Of a stretch of 64,000 bases of DNA, positions 46,131-55,325 are shown one piece after another. Within the stretch, counting starts at the first letter, position 1, and each line of letters begins with the position of its first letter. The notes under the pieces were generated by a model that had not been told where the DNA came from, searched no databases, and worked only from the letters and a program-made list of their open reading frames with translations. The stretch is from Nitrospirota bacterium (GTDB taxonomy: Bacteria > Nitrospirota > UBA9217). A program made the translations under genes and the position numbers. The DNA lies in contig OY760142.1 of the NCBI GenBank assembly GCA_963663225.1, forward strand, positions 3,072,001 to 3,136,000. The letters are read 5' to 3'.

Positions 46131-46718
46131 TTAATGCTTACCGATATAGTTCATAATATCGCCAACCACGGCCTCGATCGCACCGTGTAGTGTTGTGCCT
46201 GATCGACCAAAATTGCGGAATTTGGCAACAGCCCTGTTATTATCATCGCGCAATTCCATCTCAACCCCGACGCCGGCCAGACTTTGATGCCTCCCTACAT
46301 AAGGAATCAATCTCCTTACTCGGCTGTACTCTTGCGCTTCATAAATACAAATAAGAGCTGTCAAGGTCCCTTTAGCTTCTTTTTCACTGATGGCGACAGA
46401 GTAATCCTCGACAACATCTTTAGCAGTCGCTGCCAGTGACGCGCTTCTAACCTCCGACCTGTTTTCACTAGTACCAACCTTAATTTTGTATAATGAAAGT
46501 TTCACTGATGGGTCGATCCATATCCAATTAACACCATCACCTTCTACTAAATTTGAATAATCATCAATAATAGCTTTCGGAAAATCTCTACGATATTCAC
46601 GACTATCAATAAATCTTTGCGGTTCTGACCAAGATGTTAACGGTATAGTTAATGTCATAATAAGAATAAGCAATATTAAGCGATTTGGAGTATTTTTAAT
46701 TGTATGAAATATATACAC
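46131..46718 (-). CDS. Exported hypothetical protein
   Basis: AAGGAGG RBS before GTG; hydrophobic signal; alpha/beta body. Confidence 0.7.
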   Translation of the reverse strand: MYIFHTIKNTPNRLILLILIMTLTIPLTSWSEPQRFIDSREYRRDFPKAIIDDYSNLVEGDGVNWIWIDPSVKLSLYKIKVGTSENRSEVRSASLAATAKDVVEDYSVAISEKEAKGTLTALICIYEAQEYSRVRRLIPYVGRHQSLAGVGVEMELRDDNNRAVAKFRNFGRSGTTLHGAIEAVVGDIMNYIGKH

Positions 46719-47311
46719 GACAAAATCCTCCTTCTATTTAGCCTATTTGAGTCCAGTTTGTCGGTTGGGTAGAACGAAGTGAAATTAAATATCTCTTTTA
46801 TGTGTCTTGCCGGTTCTCATATTCAGAGCGCCGATACCATAATCAAGACTGTCGGGTGAAGCAGAGCAAAACACGACCTCCCGACTATACTTAACAATGA
46901 TTCAAGAAAACTACATCAAAGTTTTATTCGAGCAACTCCCTAGAAAATGCAGAATTCAGGAAAAGTTTAGTATTTATTATATGCATTGTCAAATAGATAA
47001 AACAAAATAATTCGCTCAATCATAACCGAGATGCCAGCTTTAACTCTCATCGTATTCGTAGCAATCATAAAGACGGCGACAGACCTGTCCGAAGCTTCAC
47101 TTTCTTATCAGGGACTGAGACCACTACATTCCCTTTCAGCCGAGCAAAGGATTGATTGCCCGTATAGAATCAGCAAAACATGATATTACGAAACAGACTT
47201 ACAAAATACTTGATAAAAACCTTAGTACTACTTCCACCAATGAGTAATAAAGCTACATAGTCTATAGGAAAAAACAGCATATTACACAGTATTTTTTTAC
47301 TTAAAAATACG

Positions 47312-47349
47312 TAACTTATTGAAAACACAATGGTGGCATGGCCTGTGCA
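47312..47349 (+). promoter_or_regulatory. Sigma54 promoter with upstream IHF-like site
   Basis: TGGCATGGCCTGTGCA (GG-N10-GC) at 47334-47349; TAACTTATTGAAA just upstream. Confidence 0.7.
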
Positions 47350-47407
47350 GTAACAATTTGCAAATAACGTTAACACGGCCACAATCAACGCCGGGAAGGA
47401 GAACGCC

Positions 47408-49117
47408 ATGAGAGTAGCAGAAGCCATCGTAAAAATAATGGAGAACGAAGGGGTAACCGATGTATTCGGTATTCCCGGCGCGGGGATAAACCCGGTATAC
47501 AAATATCTTGCAGATTCGCATACCATCACGCATTATACGATGCGGCATGAGGAGGCGGCGACTCACGCTGCGGACGCTTATTATCGGGCAAGTGGACGGA
47601 TGTCCGTCGCGCTCTGCACGTCCGGCCCGGGGGCGACGAATTTTATTACCGGCTTGTATACGGCATACGCGGATTCTATTCCATTCATTGCCATTACCGG
47701 ACAGTGCGCCACATCCATGTTTGGGAAGGAAGCGTTCCAGTACGTGGACATCGTGGCCATGGCCAAACCGGTCGCAAAGGCCGCATGGTGCATTACCAAG
47801 GCTGAGGACGCACCGAGAATCATGCGGGAGGCGTTTCGGACCGCGCGGGAAGGACGGCCAGGCCCGGTTCTCATCGATCTGCCCCTGGACGTGCAGATGG
47901 CAGAAATCGAGTACGATATGGAAAAAGACGCGCCGCTGCCTCTCCCGGTCGTCAGTCCTGACCGCGACCAGATTACGAAGGCGGTCGAGCTCTTGAGACA
48001 GGCAAAGGCACCAGTTATGATCATGGGCGGTGGTGTCGTGTTGTCCAATGCGGTCAAAGACAGCATTGAGTTCGCAGAGTTCATGCGGCTGCCGGTCATA
48101 ACGACCTACATGGCGAAGGGCGGCATGCCAGTCAATCATCCGCTCAACGCAGGACATATGGGAACTCAGGTTGGAACCCCTTTGGGCAACCGCATATTCC
48201 TGGAATCCGACGTGGTTCTGGGGATAGGTTGCCGCTTCGGCGATCGGCATACCGGTGACCTTAAAGTTTATGTCGGAGACAGAAAGTTCATCCATATCGA
48301 TATCGACCCCGGTCAGATCAATAGGATAGTCAAAGCGGATATCGGTATTGTATCGGATGCGAAACTCGCGCTGCAGGCACTTCTGGATGAAGCACGAACA
48401 ACGGGTCCGCGGCAGAAGGCTTCGGAACGGGTGAGAGACATCCCCCGGCTCCGGGAGGCTCTGAAGAGAAAAACAAATTACAGTGAAAATCCGATGAAGC
48501 CTCAGCGGGTCTTTCACGAAATGAATAAATTCTTTTTCCTGGCGGACAAAAAAACGATCTTTACAACAGGATGCGGTTTGGCCCAGATATGGTCCGGTCA
48601 GCTCCAGGAAGTCGGAGAACCGCGCCACTATTTACCGTCGGGCGGGGCCGGCACGCTTGGATTCGACATTCCCGCTGCGATCGGAGCCAAGATAGCGAAG
48701 CCTGATCATAACGTGGTGGCAGTTCTGGGAGATTTCGGTTTCACATTCATGGTTGAAGAGCTCGCGGTGGCCGCGGCTCAGAAAATACCCATCATTGTGG
48801 TGATAGTGAACAACGCATACCTCGGCCTCATTCGGCAGGGCCAGAAGTATGGACTGCAGTTTGAATACGGCGTTTCCATGGAAGAGAACCAGACTGAGAT
48901 CGATTATGTCAAGGTCGCAGAGGGGTTCGGGTGCAGGGCTGAACGCATAACGGATCCGGAAGAAATCTCGGCAGCGCTTGAACGGGCTGTCTTGTCGAGA
49001 AAGCCCACGGTCATCGATATTATTGTTGAACGGGATACGGATTGTTCGATGGGTCCGAGCATCGCGGCAGTGCGGGAATTCTCCGAGGAGGTTGCACATT
49101 CCTTGGTAACGGCGTGA
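47408..49117 (+). CDS. Glyoxylate carboligase-like ThDP/FAD enzyme
   Basis: Collinear with Gcl motifs: FGIPGAGINP, GRPGPVLIDLPLDVQ, RHTG, KPQRV, EELAV, NNAYLGLIRQ, KVAEGFGC. Confidence 0.85.
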   Translation: MRVAEAIVKIMENEGVTDVFGIPGAGINPVYKYLADSHTITHYTMRHEEAATHAADAYYRASGRMSVALCTSGPGATNFITGLYTAYADSIPFIAITGQCATSMFGKEAFQYVDIVAMAKPVAKAAWCITKAEDAPRIMREAFRTAREGRPGPVLIDLPLDVQMAEIEYDMEKDAPLPLPVVSPDRDQITKAVELLRQAKAPVMIMGGGVVLSNAVKDSIEFAEFMRLPVITTYMAKGGMPVNHPLNAGHMGTQVGTPLGNRIFLESDVVLGIGCRFGDRHTGDLKVYVGDRKFIHIDIDPGQINRIVKADIGIVSDAKLALQALLDEARTTGPRQKASERVRDIPRLREALKRKTNYSENPMKPQRVFHEMNKFFFLADKKTIFTTGCGLAQIWSGQLQEVGEPRHYLPSGGAGTLGFDIPAAIGAKIAKPDHNVVAVLGDFGFTFMVEELAVAAAQKIPIIVVIVNNAYLGLIRQGQKYGLQFEYGVSMEENQTEIDYVKVAEGFGCRAERITDPEEISAALERAVLSRKPTVIDIIVERDTDCSMGPSIAAVREFSEEVAHSLVTA

Positions 49118-49288
49118 ACTGCAGGAGAACGGAACGGCATCCTTGATCCACGCTGGTATCTTTGCCGACCATAAGCAAGACGCTAAAGTACAGGTATCCA
49201 TTGAATGGTCATGGTTAGTACGTACAGGATCCAGCGTACCCTGAGTGCAAATGGATATCATTTTGCGAGTTTTTTAGGATTATAAATG

Positions 49289-49326
49289 AATAAGGCTTCC
49301 AAGCTACTGGAAGCCTTATTTTTTTT
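49289..49326. terminator. Bidirectional intrinsic terminator
   Basis: 13-bp stem AATAAGGCTTCCA/TGGAAGCCTTATT with T-run; lies between the gcl-like gene and the tRNA 3' remnant. Confidence 0.75.
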
Positions 49327-49327
49327 A

Positions 49328-49375
49328 TGGAGCCGGCGATCCGGGTTGAACGGACGACCTGCTGATTACGAATCA
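49328..49375 (-). repeat. Prophage att site: 3' half of tRNA-Thr(CGT)
   Basis: - strand TGATTCGTAATCAGCAGGTCGTCCGTTCAACCCGGATCGCCGGCTCCA (anticodon arm, T arm, acceptor 3' strand, CCA); no D arm or 5' acceptor strand. Confidence 0.9.
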
Positions 49376-49453
49376 TATGTGCGTTTTATTTCGTTTTTAT
49401 ATTCATGCAGTTATGAGGCTTTTTACCGTCTTATAAGACAGGAGGTGATGAAT

Positions 49454-49507
49454 ATGGGCAATGGTGGCGGGAAAAAGAAGCCAAGCAAGCCTCGCGGCGG
49501 ATGCTAA
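49454..49507 (+). CDS. Putative 17-aa basic peptide MGNGGGKKKPSKPRGGC
   Basis: AGGAGGTGAT RBS upstream of the ATG. Confidence 0.5.
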   Translation: MGNGGGKKKPSKPRGGC

Positions 49508-49540
49508 GAAGCAAAAATCTCATTCAGGAGGAAAAAGAGT

Positions 49541-49897
49541 ATGGGCGTTATTGTTCCAACAGTAGGAAGAAAGGTTTGGTATCGTCCTGGCGGTGAACAG
49601 GACTTGATCATGTCGGTTAACGGCCAGGATCCGCTTGACGCAACTATTGTTGCGGTGCACAGCGATAAAATGGTGAATCTCGTCGTATTCGATTCGAACG
49701 GTACTCAATTCGTTCGTCACTCCGTCGAACTCGTACAGGCAGAGGATACGAAACCTGATGGTATAGGTTTCTGTCATTGGATGCCGTACCAGATTGGCCA
49801 GGCTGCAAAAACTGAAGAAGTAATGTCGACAGCAATGGTCAAGCCGGTTCCTATCGGGAAAAGCCCGAAAACCGCAACAGGAGATGTAGGAGAGTAA
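49541..49897 (+). CDS. Phage hypothetical protein (PTVGR-type)
   Basis: AGGAGG RBS; PTVGRKVWY...ATIVAVH...VNLVVFD...WMPYQ pattern recalled from small phage proteins. Confidence 0.8.
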   Translation: MGVIVPTVGRKVWYRPGGEQDLIMSVNGQDPLDATIVAVHSDKMVNLVVFDSNGTQFVRHSVELVQAEDTKPDGIGFCHWMPYQIGQAAKTEEVMSTAMVKPVPIGKSPKTATGDVGE

Positions 49898-49932
49898 TTT
49901 TTTTTGTGTCTATGATTAATACTTTTGTTGTA

Positions 49933-50213
49933 TGAATTGGAAGGACGGGGGTAAACCACGGCGATCCAATTCAGATGTGCCGGAAGCGCGGTTTCTCATG
50001 CCGGCGGGGTGGGTGCGAAGGATTAGAGCCCGAGATGGTGAGGTTTCCGGACCTCAAGACAGTCTGATCCAACTGGCAGCGCCGGAAAACGTCTGCCAGC
50101 CCATAAAGCCAACCGACTCACACCGGGGCAAAAGGCTTATTATCGGGTATGCACGAACAGAATTGTCCAAAACGGTCAATTTTGCCTGGGAGTGCTATGC
50201 CCGAATAGCTCCC
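49933..50213 (+). ncRNA. Candidate structured RNA (multi-hairpin)
   Basis: Six or more consecutive stems, with G-U pairs favouring the + strand. Confidence 0.45.
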
Positions 50214-50359
50214 AATCTACAACCGAAGCATATAGATGCAAAAGATTTAGAATCTTATATATATATAGTACAAACACCTCGTTTTCCCCCATTTTTTCGC
50301 AAAAATCTCATATTTTCAACAATTTCCAGCCATAAACTCCACTTATTTCACTTCATTAC

Positions 50360-50388
50360 TTGACAAAGTAATACTTTAGTGCTATTCG
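50360..50388 (+). promoter_or_regulatory. Putative promoter of the structural operon with palindromic operator
   Basis: TTGACA-N17-TATTCG; AAAGTAATACTTT palindrome overlapping the -35/spacer. Confidence 0.45.
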
Positions 50389-50434
50389 TTCGCTCAAAAG
50401 TGTTGCAAATTTACCACAGTTTAAAAAAACGGAC

Positions 50435-50809
50435 ATGGCGAAGCGGATAACCGACGAATCGGCTCAAGAAAACTCAAAAAAGGCCATCAACTCACTCTCC
50501 AAGGAGGCGAAGAAGGTAGGCAAATTTCTGCTTGGCGTCATTAACGGATCCGTCGGGGATGAAGTTTTCGACAAAGACGGAAATCCAATTCTAGACAAAA
50601 GCGGAAAGCAGATCAAACGCAAGGCCACTCTGCAGGTCCGGGTACAGGCTGCCAGAACGTACAAAGAACTGATCCTTGACAAGATTGTGCCGGATAAAAA
50701 GCACGATCCAAAAGTAAAGAACAAGGACGCAAATACATTTGCTGAGGCATTAAGGCAGGTGCATGAAGAGCAAGTACAGCAAGCCGCTGCGAACGCGGAA
50801 AAAAACTGA
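50435..50809 (+). CDS. Putative terminase small subunit
   Basis: 124-aa basic helical protein directly upstream of terL; positional call. Confidence 0.55.
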   Translation: MAKRITDESAQENSKKAINSLSKEAKKVGKFLLGVINGSVGDEVFDKDGNPILDKSGKQIKRKATLQVRVQAARTYKELILDKIVPDKKHDPKVKNKDANTFAEALRQVHEEQVQQAAANAEKN

Positions 50810-50886
50810 CCGCTCGCCCCTTGTGTGAGAGTAATCGGGACATGGGGGTGTCGTAGGCTCCCGAAGCGGAACCCTAAAGGAGAAAA

Positions 50887-52305
50887 ATGGTTGTTCAAGT
50901 AAATAACGTGAACGACCAACTTGTAGAAATATCGCGGTCCTTCTGGAACGACAGAGTAGGATTCGTCAAAACTATTTTCAAAACCACTCCCACCGAACAA
51001 CAAGGCAACGCTCTCCGGGCACTCGACACAGAAGATTTCATATCAGTTGCGTCCGGCCATGGTTGCGGAAAGTCCACCGTAGAAGCATGGCTTATCTGGC
51101 ATTATCTCTGCTGCAGATACTTCCCAAAAATCCCCTGCACCGCACCGTCAAAACATCAGCTGTACGACGTTCTTTGGGCCGAAATTTCGAAATGGCACCG
51201 GAAGATGAGCCCTATTTACCGGTTTCAATTCGAGTGGACAAAAGAAAAAGTATTTAATGTTGACTTCCCTGAGGAGTGGTTTGCGGCCGCCAGGACCGCC
51301 ACAAAAGAGAATCCTGACGCTCTGCAGGGTATCCACGCTGATTATGTTTTGCGTGTCGTCGACGAGGCCAGCGGCGTACCAGAACCAATATTTGAAGTTT
51401 CCGACGGCGCTCACGGAAAAATTGAAACGAAAGAAATTATGTGCGGCAACCCGACGAAGTTGGAGGGTACTTTCTTTCGATCACACCATAAGGACAAGGA
51501 CCACTACCGCACATTTCAATGGTCCTGCCTGGACAGCCCTATTGCACCAAAGCGTTATGCAATACGCATGGAGCGCAAATACGGCAAGGACTCGAATATC
51601 TATCGCGTCCGCGTCCTGGGCCTGTTCCCTCTGGCAGATGGCGATTCGTTTATCCCCTTCTATCTCGTAGAAGATGCAAGGCACCGCGACATTATTCCTC
51701 AAGTCGGAATGCCCGTTGTGTTCGGTGTTGACGTCGCTCGGTACGGAGACGATTCAACGGTTATAGCAATACGGCAGGGCGACGAATTCAAGCCATATCA
51801 CACTCTCCGAAACAAAAACAACATGGAAGTTGCCGGCTACGTTGCCGCTCTCGCGAACGATCATAAGCCCACTCAAATTTTCATTGATGTTATCGGAGTA
51901 GGCGCCGGAGTCCATGACAGGCTCGAAGAGCTTGGATATCCGGTTGTCGGGATAAACGTGTCCGAGGCCCCGGCGTACAGCACGAACAAATACCGCCGAC
52001 TGCGCGACGAGCTTTGGGGAAATATGCGGACCTGGCTAGAAGCAAGGCGCGGAAAACTGTGGGACAACAGCGAAGAGGATCTTCTTGGACAGATTACCAC
52101 CCCGAAATATTCAATGACTTCCAATGGGCTCATCGTAATTGAGAGCAAGGATGATTTGAAAAAACGAGGCTTTGAATCTCCGAATATTGCCGACGCCCAC
52201 AATCTTACCTTTGCAATGCCTGTTTCCTATTACACGAAGCCCGATACCGGAATGTATGACGATGAAGAAGATAATCGGCCTTTTGATCCGGAGGTTGGTT
52301 ACTGA
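50887..52305 (+). CDS. Terminase large subunit
   Basis: Walker A SGHGCGKS, Walker B VVDEA, GNP motif, nuclease GVDVARYGDD, C-terminal ESKDDLKKRGFESPNIADA. Confidence 0.93.
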   Translation: MVVQVNNVNDQLVEISRSFWNDRVGFVKTIFKTTPTEQQGNALRALDTEDFISVASGHGCGKSTVEAWLIWHYLCCRYFPKIPCTAPSKHQLYDVLWAEISKWHRKMSPIYRFQFEWTKEKVFNVDFPEEWFAAARTATKENPDALQGIHADYVLRVVDEASGVPEPIFEVSDGAHGKIETKEIMCGNPTKLEGTFFRSHHKDKDHYRTFQWSCLDSPIAPKRYAIRMERKYGKDSNIYRVRVLGLFPLADGDSFIPFYLVEDARHRDIIPQVGMPVVFGVDVARYGDDSTVIAIRQGDEFKPYHTLRNKNNMEVAGYVAALANDHKPTQIFIDVIGVGAGVHDRLEELGYPVVGINVSEAPAYSTNKYRRLRDELWGNMRTWLEARRGKLWDNSEEDLLGQITTPKYSMTSNGLIVIESKDDLKKRGFESPNIADAHNLTFAMPVSYYTKPDTGMYDDEEDNRPFDPEVGY

Positions 52306-52514
52306 TGGCGGAACCAAAGTTGAAGTTGATAAACAGCCCCATGACCAGAGATGCAAGGAAAGTTTTAGAAGATGCAATTGCAGAGGATTTTGAAACCGTA
52401 ATTATTTTTGGTTTCAAGGACGGAATGGTTACAACCACGGCATCACGCAGAAAAAACTCGCTTGAAATCCTTGGAGCATTGGAAGCGGCCAAATGTTCTA
52501 TTTGGGAGAGATAG
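52305..52514 (+). CDS. Phage hypothetical protein
   Basis: GGAGGT RBS; coupled to the terL stop. Confidence 0.75.
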   Translation: MAEPKLKLINSPMTRDARKVLEDAIAEDFETVIIFGFKDGMVTTTASRRKNSLEILGALEAAKCSIWER

Positions 52515-52517
52515 GCA

Positions 52518-54725
52518 ATGCCAGAAAAACTACAAGAAAAGAAGACAGATGATCATGGAGAACAGCCCGGAAATGGGAACCTGTCTAATTGGGTTTTAGG
52601 AATATTCGAATCATTCAAGACCGCACGGCAGCCTTTTGAGGAAATGTGGATTGAGTGCTGGTACAACTATCTCGCAAAATATCAGCAGGAAACGGCGTGG
52701 CGCAAACAGACCGAAGGGCAAGAAGGCAATAGCCGGATATTTATAAAGCTGACAACGCTCAAGTGCAACACGGCCCACGCGAAAATAATGGATATGGCGT
52801 TTCCGACGAGCGGCGGCGAGGAAGTGCCTTTTGACATTATCCCCATACGCACCGAAGTTCATGCCGGTGTTGACGATGAGCAGCTTAAAAAGATTGCCGA
52901 GAATCTAAAGCAGCGACTTCGCGATCACCACAAAGAAATCGAGCTTATTGAAAATATCGACAATGGCGTTCTTGAATTGGCGATCATGGGAACGGCTGTT
53001 ATCAAGGGCCCGATTATCGACTACCGGAGAGTGAAACGGTTCAACCCGAGGACCATTTTCGGGTTGCCGGTATCTCATTTTGACCCCTCTATAAATCCGT
53101 TTGAAATTCAGCACGAAGATATGCCCCTGCCCGTTTTTAAGCATATCCCCCTGTGGAGCTACTATTGCGATCCGAACGCTGAGAACAATCGTAAGAGCAT
53201 AGGAGAAATCCATTTTGACAGGATGTTGCCGAGCGAATTCCTTGGGCTGAAATCCGTTGGCGGATACCGAGCCGACATGATTGACGCTGTTAAAGAGAAA
53301 TGTGCCGTCGTCGACGAATCCACGGAAGATTTTAAATACGTCCAGCTTGCGGACAACTACACGGGCAAATCCGGCGAGAAGGACAAGAAAATAAGCGTCC
53401 TTGAGTATTGGGGCCTCGTAAAAGCCGGCGATCTTCGCGCTGAGAAAGAAGAAGTGCCGGAGGAAATAGGCGACGAGGATCTTGTTGAAGCGCTTATCTG
53501 CATAGCCGGCAGCGGAGAGGTCATAAAGGCAAAAATGAACCCGATGGGCCGGCGCGTGTTCAACGTCTGCCCTTACAAGAAAATTCCTCATTGCATTTTT
53601 GGCCATGGTGTTGCCTGGGCCATGCGCGACTCGCAAAAGATGGTCAATTCATCGTACCGGATGATTATAGACAACAAGGCCATTTTTGGCCCCGGGATGC
53701 TGGCCGTCAACCTGGACCGAATCAACACAAAGCGCACCAAGGACCTGAAAATATACCCGAAGAAGGTTTGGTATGTAAAAGGAAACTTCGCCCCAAAGGA
53801 CGTAATCGACAACATTAAATTTCAGGATGCTTCCCGCGACCTGCGTGAGCTTGCCATGGACTTTGACAGGTTTGCGGACGAGGAAACAGGTATCCCGAAA
53901 TTTGAGACAGGCGATCAAGCGTCATTCCTGAACAAAACCGCGTCCGGTATGTCAATGCTCATGCGCCGCACGGATGTGAATATCAGGCCGGCTATCAAGA
54001 ACATTGACGACTATTGGATTGAGCCGATTGTTGAGGCCGAAGCTGATTGGTTTGTCGAAATGGATCCCGACCCGAATATCAAGGTCCCCTTCAAGATAAA
54101 AGCCACCGGAACGTCAACGCTCATTTCGAACGAAATCAAGATGGAAAACATGGCGAAGTTCATGCAGATAACGGGGGCCAATCCTGCAGACGCCATATTT
54201 GTTGATCGTCCAAAAGCCATGAGGGAATGGGCCCGTATGCTCGACACGCAAGACATTATGCGGACCGAGGATGAAATAAAACAGATCATGGCCGAGATGG
54301 ACCAACGCGCCAACGAACCGAAAGACCTGCGCGAGTATGTTCAATTCGACAAGTTGTTTCCGCTCCTTACCTCATCAGAGCAATGCCAGATATTGACGCA
54401 GCTTGGCATTACTCCTGACCAGAATGGCAGAGCGGTTATCGCGAACACAGACCTGCAACTGAAACAGGCAGAGATAAACGAAAAGAACGCAAAGGCCAAA
54501 GCGCCGGCGACCGCTCCCGCTCAATCCGCGACTCAAAGCCCACCTGCTCCTGCAAGTGCGACTACTCCTAATCAGGCGGCTTCGCCGGCGCAAATGACTT
54601 TCAACCTGGGAACGCACCCGCAGAACCAGAAGAAAAAAATAACTCTCAAAAAGAACCCCGCTGGCCATTACGAGGCCCATGTTGAGCCGGCAGCGGAGGA
54701 GATAACAGGAGGTAACGCGCAATGA
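52518..54725 (+). CDS. Portal protein (podovirus-type) with long C-terminal extension
   Basis: Position after terL; MGTAVIK, VLEYWG, FGHGV, KTASGMSML motifs; size. Confidence 0.85.
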   Translation: MPEKLQEKKTDDHGEQPGNGNLSNWVLGIFESFKTARQPFEEMWIECWYNYLAKYQQETAWRKQTEGQEGNSRIFIKLTTLKCNTAHAKIMDMAFPTSGGEEVPFDIIPIRTEVHAGVDDEQLKKIAENLKQRLRDHHKEIELIENIDNGVLELAIMGTAVIKGPIIDYRRVKRFNPRTIFGLPVSHFDPSINPFEIQHEDMPLPVFKHIPLWSYYCDPNAENNRKSIGEIHFDRMLPSEFLGLKSVGGYRADMIDAVKEKCAVVDESTEDFKYVQLADNYTGKSGEKDKKISVLEYWGLVKAGDLRAEKEEVPEEIGDEDLVEALICIAGSGEVIKAKMNPMGRRVFNVCPYKKIPHCIFGHGVAWAMRDSQKMVNSSYRMIIDNKAIFGPGMLAVNLDRINTKRTKDLKIYPKKVWYVKGNFAPKDVIDNIKFQDASRDLRELAMDFDRFADEETGIPKFETGDQASFLNKTASGMSMLMRRTDVNIRPAIKNIDDYWIEPIVEAEADWFVEMDPDPNIKVPFKIKATGTSTLISNEIKMENMAKFMQITGANPADAIFVDRPKAMREWARMLDTQDIMRTEDEIKQIMAEMDQRANEPKDLREYVQFDKLFPLLTSSEQCQILTQLGITPDQNGRAVIANTDLQLKQAEINEKNAKAKAPATAPAQSATQSPPAPASATTPNQAASPAQMTFNLGTHPQNQKKKITLKKNPAGHYEAHVEPAAEEITGGNAQ

Positions 54726-55315
54726 GCAAGATGTCGAATTACCTGGAAAACCAGATTGGAAAACTGCTGCTGTGTACGCAGACGGCATGGAAGCCGTCGG
54801 CAATCTACATTGCCTTATTCAAGGCCACAAAAGGGCTGTGGGCTGCCAGTACTGCGTATTCGTCGAACGACACGATTTGTCCGACTACTGCAAACGGGCG
54901 GATGTATCGGTGCTCAACGGCGGGCACAAGCGCGGCAACCGAACCAACTTGGCCAACTACGGACGGCGGTACTGTTTCCGACGGTACGGCCGTATGGACT
55001 GAAATGACCCCGGACTTTGACGCCGCAACGAATCTCAACGAAGTGTCCGGCGGATCGTATGCGCGGGTTGGTGTAACCCAGGCTGACGCTCAATGGAACA
55101 TCCCGACGACAACCGGCTTGTTCGACAACGTGAACGCAATAACTTTCGCGTCACCTACGGCCAATTGGGGAACGATAGGAGCATTCGGAATCTATGACGC
55201 CTCAGCAAGCGGGAATCTTTTAATCCATGGAGTTTTGACAACTCCTAAAACAGTAAACAACGGCGATGCGGCCCCGAGCATTGCAGCCGGAGCTTTAGAT
55301 ATCACCTTCGCATAG
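54722..55315 (+). CDS. Phage structural/fibre-associated protein with inserted CBM-like module
   Basis: MSNYLEN...YIALF...EVSGGSYARV...NWGTI...IYDA..SGNLL family pattern; internal WAASTAY...YRC..AGTS..EPTW..DG..VW insert. Confidence 0.75.
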   Translation: MSKMSNYLENQIGKLLLCTQTAWKPSAIYIALFKATKGLWAASTAYSSNDTICPTTANGRMYRCSTAGTSAATEPTWPTTDGGTVSDGTAVWTEMTPDFDAATNLNEVSGGSYARVGVTQADAQWNIPTTTGLFDNVNAITFASPTANWGTIGAFGIYDASASGNLLIHGVLTTPKTVNNGDAAPSIAAGALDITFA

Positions 55316-55325
55316 GGAGGCTTAA

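Noticed and set aside
49328-49400. Intact tRNA-Thr gene
   Set aside because: Similarity stops at the anticodon stem; D arm and 5' acceptor strand are absent, so treated as an att site
49932-50363. 143-aa ORF before terS
   Set aside because: No RBS, runs into AT-rich promoter DNA, and overlaps a strongly structured region better explained as RNA
50800-50886. A-AAA-AAC slippery site plus hairpin at the terS end; -1 frame is the terL frame, suggesting a TerS-TerL fusion
   Set aside because: The -1 frame has stops at 50854 (TAG) and 50875 (TAA), so at most a ~16-aa extension
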